From contig OX597824.1 of assembly GCA_951406725.2 (NCBI GenBank), positions 67,890,001-67,954,000 of the forward strand: a stretch of DNA of 64,000 nucleotides, in the 5' to 3' direction. Shown piece by piece: positions 59,799 through 64,000 of this stretch. Numbering within the stretch: position 1 is the stretch's first letter; the number at the start of each line of letters is the position of its first letter. The stretch is from Octopus vulgaris (Eukaryota). The notes beneath the pieces were generated by a model. That model did no database searches. It was not told the DNA's origin and saw nothing but the letters and a program-made list of their open reading frames with translations. Made by a program: the position numbers and the translations under genes.

Positions 59799-62700
59799 CA
59801 TCATCATCATTCAGTAGTTTTTTATTTATAACGTGCTTTCACTTCACTACCGAGCGCAGCTCTGTGTGCCTTGGGTTTGTGCTGTGATTTGTTGTGATAC
59901 TCTGATGGTTACTGTATGGAAAGTGTTCTGCGTTGGATGTGTGCAGTGCTTAGTAGTGCAATTTTGTGTATGTTATATGTGTTTGTAAGTCCTGGTGTTT
60001 TTGTTATGTATTTGTCTGAATATTTTTTCTCATGCCTAATGCACTTACTATGATAGGAATTATTTCTGTTTTTAGATTCCACATTCTACTTACCTCTATT
60101 TCGAGGTCTTTGTATTTTGAAAGTTTCTCCATACATCAATTAGAAAGCATTTTTTTCTTCATGATCTCTGACAACTATATCTGGTCTGTTGGCCTTAATT
60201 TTTCTATCTGTGTGTATTGGCATATCCCAGAGTATGGTTGCTTTCTCGTTTTCTGTGACCTTTTCTGGTGTGTGCCTATACCATCTTTTTTCTGTTGTTA
60301 TTCCATTATGTTGGCATAGCTTCCAGTGTATGTAGGTCCCAACTCTGTCGTGACTGTGAATATATTCCTTCTTAGCAAAGACTGGGCAGCCAGAGAAAAT
60401 ATGATTTATTGTTTCTTGTCCACCTCCACATATTCTGCAGTTACTTGTTATATTTCTTTTCGTTACATGTTTTTGGTAATTTCTGGTGGGTAGGCTTTGG
60501 TCTTGTGCTGAAATTAAAAATCTCTCTGTCTCTGCTTTGAGTTCTGAGCATCTCAACCACTGCTGGGATTTTTCTTTGTCTATTTCTTTTGCATTTAGTT
60601 TAGTCCAGTACTTGCCATGAAGGGGTTTTCTTGCCATCGTTTTATCATGGTCCGTTGCTGTTCTAGTTTTAGTTTTGATTTCATTTGCTTTATAGCTTTT
60701 GTTGTGTTTCTTCTTCTTCTTCTTCTTCTTCTTCTTCTTCTTCTTCTTCTTCTTCTTCTTCTTCTTCTTCTTCTTCTTCTTCTTCTTCTTCATATTTGTT
60801 AGGTGGTATGATTTCTTGTTTGTATTTGTCAGTTTCGTTAAACACTGAGAACAATTTTTTGTTTTGTCGCTATTTGTATCAGTTTTCCTTGCTTCTGAAG
60901 TATTTGCAGTCCTATGGTGGTTATTTTATAGTAGTTTTCCAGCTTTATAAGGCGTCTACCACCTTCTATACGCTGTATATATAGCCTTTCTATGTCAGAT
61001 TTGGGGTGATGCATCCTAGATCCTGTCATTATTTTTCTTGTTTTCCTATCTATTTTGGTTAGTTCATTTAGCGTCCAGTGAAGGATATTGTAGCTGTAGC
61101 TTATAACTGGGACGGCTAAAGTGTTAATACCTATTATCTTGTTTTTAGCATTGAGCTCTATTTTTAGTATTGATCTAACTCGTCTATAGCATTATTTCTT
61201 TGTTTTCTCTTTCATTTGTGTGTGTTGTGTCTTATCTAGTTCATGGATTCCTAAATATTTGTGAGTTTGGCTTTGGTCTAATTGTCTTATTTCATTGGCT
61301 TTTTCTAGTGTGATGTTGCTACTCTTAACTAGTTTTTTTCTTTTCAGGATTACTTTGGCGCATTTTTCTAATCCAAATTTCATAACTATTTCTTTGGTGA
61401 ATCCATGAACTGTCTTTAGTAATGTTTCCAGCTGTTTGTCATTTGTAGCGTATAGTTTTAGGTCATCCATATATAAAAGGTAGCTGATCGTTTTGCTGTA
61501 ACATTTATATCCGCATCCAGTTCTATTTAGCATATCAGATAGAGGTGGCAGTGCCAAGCGGAAAAGGAGTGGAGAGAGCGTGTCTCCCTGGAATATTCAT
61601 CTTCTAATGGGGATGGCTTTAGTTTTCATGAGTCCCTCTTTTGTTTGGAGCTGTAGCACTGTTTGCCATTTATTCATAGAGTGTCCTATGAATTTTATAA
61701 TTGTTGGTGCTACTTTGTTAATGGCTAGTGTTTCTAGGATCGATGTGTGGGGAATACTATCAAAAGCCTTTCTCTAGTCGATCCAGGCCATACTGAGGCC
61801 TTTCTTCTTTCTGTGGCTGTCTTCAGTTATGACTTTATTGATCATTAGTTGATCTTTACAGCCATATGAGCCTTTGCGGCATCCTTTCTGCTCTTCTGGA
61901 AACAGGTTGTTTTCAACCAGGTGCCTGTTCAATCTTTGCGATATTACTGCAGTAAATGCTTTGTACATTGTAGGGAGACAGGTTATAGGTAGTTTTCTGC
62001 TTTTGCTGTCTCATTTGATTTGGGAATTAAAATGGTTTTCCCCTTCGTGAGCCACTCGGGCATTGTCTCTGGCTCTGCCAGTATTTTGTTAAAATTTTCA
62101 GCCAGCTTTTTGTGCATTCTTGTAAGATATTTCAACCAGAAGTTGGGGATCTTGTCATGACCAGGTGCCTTCCAGTTGCTTAGTCTTTGCAGTGCCTGGG
62201 TGACCTCTTCAGTTGTTATGGGGGTCCAAAGTTGCTCAGATGCTGAGTTTGTTGTTTTAATACTCCTTTTTTTTGGTTGTTCGTTCGCCGACCATATTTC
62301 TCTCCAGAATTCTTCCACTTCTTCTGCCGTTGGTGCTGCAGTGATTTCTATTTTATTTTTGCCAAGTTCTTGGTAGAACATTTTGAGGCTGGAGTTGAAC
62401 TGTTTGTTTTGTTCAAAGAAACGTTGGCGTTTCTCATACCGGCGGATCCTTTGTGCTTTGGCAAGGATATCTTGCTTTAGCTTTTCTTTTATCTCGGGTA
62501 AATCTTTTTCTGTCATATTGTATTTGCGGAGTATTTTTGTTTTCTTTTTGTTGCTCAGTAGCGTTGCTTGTCTACTGATTTCATTAATAATCGCCAGATC
62601 TTTTCTCATTTTTTGGTGGGGGGTGATATTTCTCCACAGGGTTTATTTGGGTGGTGGTACTGCTGTTTGGATGGGTTTGAGGGTGTATCCAGCTTCTTTT

Positions 62701-63280
62701 GTGGCTCCAGTGGCTGCTGCATATACTAAGTCAAGGATATCGCTATTTGTTTCAGTAGCTATTAATTCTATGACAGCTAGGTTTATGCTGTTTATAGTTG
62801 ATGTTTTTTTTATTTTGTCTATTTTGATTTTTGGGAGGTATGGTCGGTGGTCCATTTTGAGATCTGTGTTTTTCAGTTCTTTGATTATTCTACTTTTTAT
62901 AGTATCATAATCATTAGGCTCCCCTTCGTTGTTTCCAGGTCTTACATTTGTGTCGCTTTCTTTCTCATTCGTATATTTATCTGTCGTGTTTTGGCTTGCT
63001 GCTTGTCGTGCATTGTTATGCATCCTTACGGTTTGGGTTTGTTGTTTTTTGTTTACATAGTTTTTGTTGGAAATGTTACGTTTGTCTTTGTGTTTGTCTC
63101 AGTGTTTATATTATTTGGCATTGTTGTGTGGCTTCTATCTACATTTTCCTGATGTATTTTTTCTTTTAAATGTTCTATTTCTATTTCTGATATTTTTTCG
63201 CATTGAGAATATATCTTCGTACGTTAGCTAGTTTATTAGGGTTCATTGCTGTATCCAAGGGTATTCATTGGTTAATTGTT
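59730..63280 (-). mobile_element. Dong/R4 LINE, paralogous copy of 130-3650
   Basis: Same RT motifs and lesions; retains the CRICGGGQETINHIFSGC knuckle and RPDIVV REL motif. Confidence 0.88.
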
Positions 63281-63620
63281 TCGCTATTTCAGTCATGTTA
63301 GCAACAATAAATTAAGTTTGAATATATACATACAATTCTGTCTTCGTGCTGCTACTCTCTCCTTCAAAACTATCCAAATACGCACGTATATAATGGCAAT
63401 ATCCTGCGACCAGTTCGAAAGGCGGAAAGCAGAATCATTTGTTTCTGATCACGGGACATACACGCAAAACAATAAAGTTTAATTCTATCCGATAGTAATT
63501 CACTTTTGTTTCAATACTTGTCTATATTCACTCTTTGAAAAGAAACATGCACTATTTTCAATAATTTTCACATTTTCTATTTAATTTCCAAATTTTCTTT
63601 ATTGTTTTCTTTTCTCGCAG

Positions 63621-63823
63621 GCATATGTTTTTAGCACTTTAAATTTGATTTGTGAATTATACGCAAAAGAAAGACGAATTATTATGTCAAGTACATTTAT
63701 GTGTATTTGGGCTATTTATACGTCTTCTCTCGGATTCATAGCCTACATGTTGAAGGATTACAGTTGGAATGCGATCTTCCTGTTTAATGCTGTTATCTCG
63801 GGATATTTACTTTTGGATTTCTT
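63621..63823 (+). CDS. SLC22-like copy B, exon 4
   Basis: Same sequence as 3998-4200; phase 0 joins exon 3 (…IVRE|AYVF…). Confidence 0.88.
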
Positions 63824-64000
63824 GTAAGTATCCTATTTTGTTTTGCATTAAATGCTTGCATCCATACACACATTGACATACGTTCATGCATGCATATATA
63901 CATTATATACAGCAGTTCATTATATTTTTCAATGCACCAACATATATATATATTTCAATTGACATCATCATCATCACTGTCGTTGTTTTTGTCGTCGTTG

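Larger units (their letters stand above)
59602..64000 (+). repeat. Segmental duplicate of window positions 1-~4376
   Basis: Collinear near-identity across LINE, intron and exon 4; offset about 59.6 kb. Confidence 0.97.

Overview
AT-rich, microsatellite-dense eukaryotic (metazoan) genomic DNA. The repeat content (Dong/R4 LINEs in TAA arrays, tRNA-derived SINEs, Tc1/mariner, Helitrons) suggests a cephalopod such as octopus, but that is inference. The only host genes are spliced, + strand SLC22/organic-cation-transporter-like MFS genes in a tandem array: exons 4-10 of one copy (3998-25449, with a frameshift in exon 6), an orphan exon1+exon2 cassette (32508-38208, exon 2 frameshifted), and exons 1-4 of the next copy (43554-63823). 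The two window ends are near-identical copies about 59.6 kb apart. Most ORF-track entries are microsatellite artefacts. The most striking signal is a dense set of short non-coding elements inserted in (TA)n tracts that carry type I hammerhead-ribozyme folds with palindromic stem III. These occur as a ~558-bp x 4.3 tandem array, a 455-bp unit with terminal redundancy, and several hairpin elements, three of which share a compensatory U3-A8 catalytic core. Together they look like a Penelope-associated, retrozyme-like system. All ribozyme folds were derived by hand and are untested.
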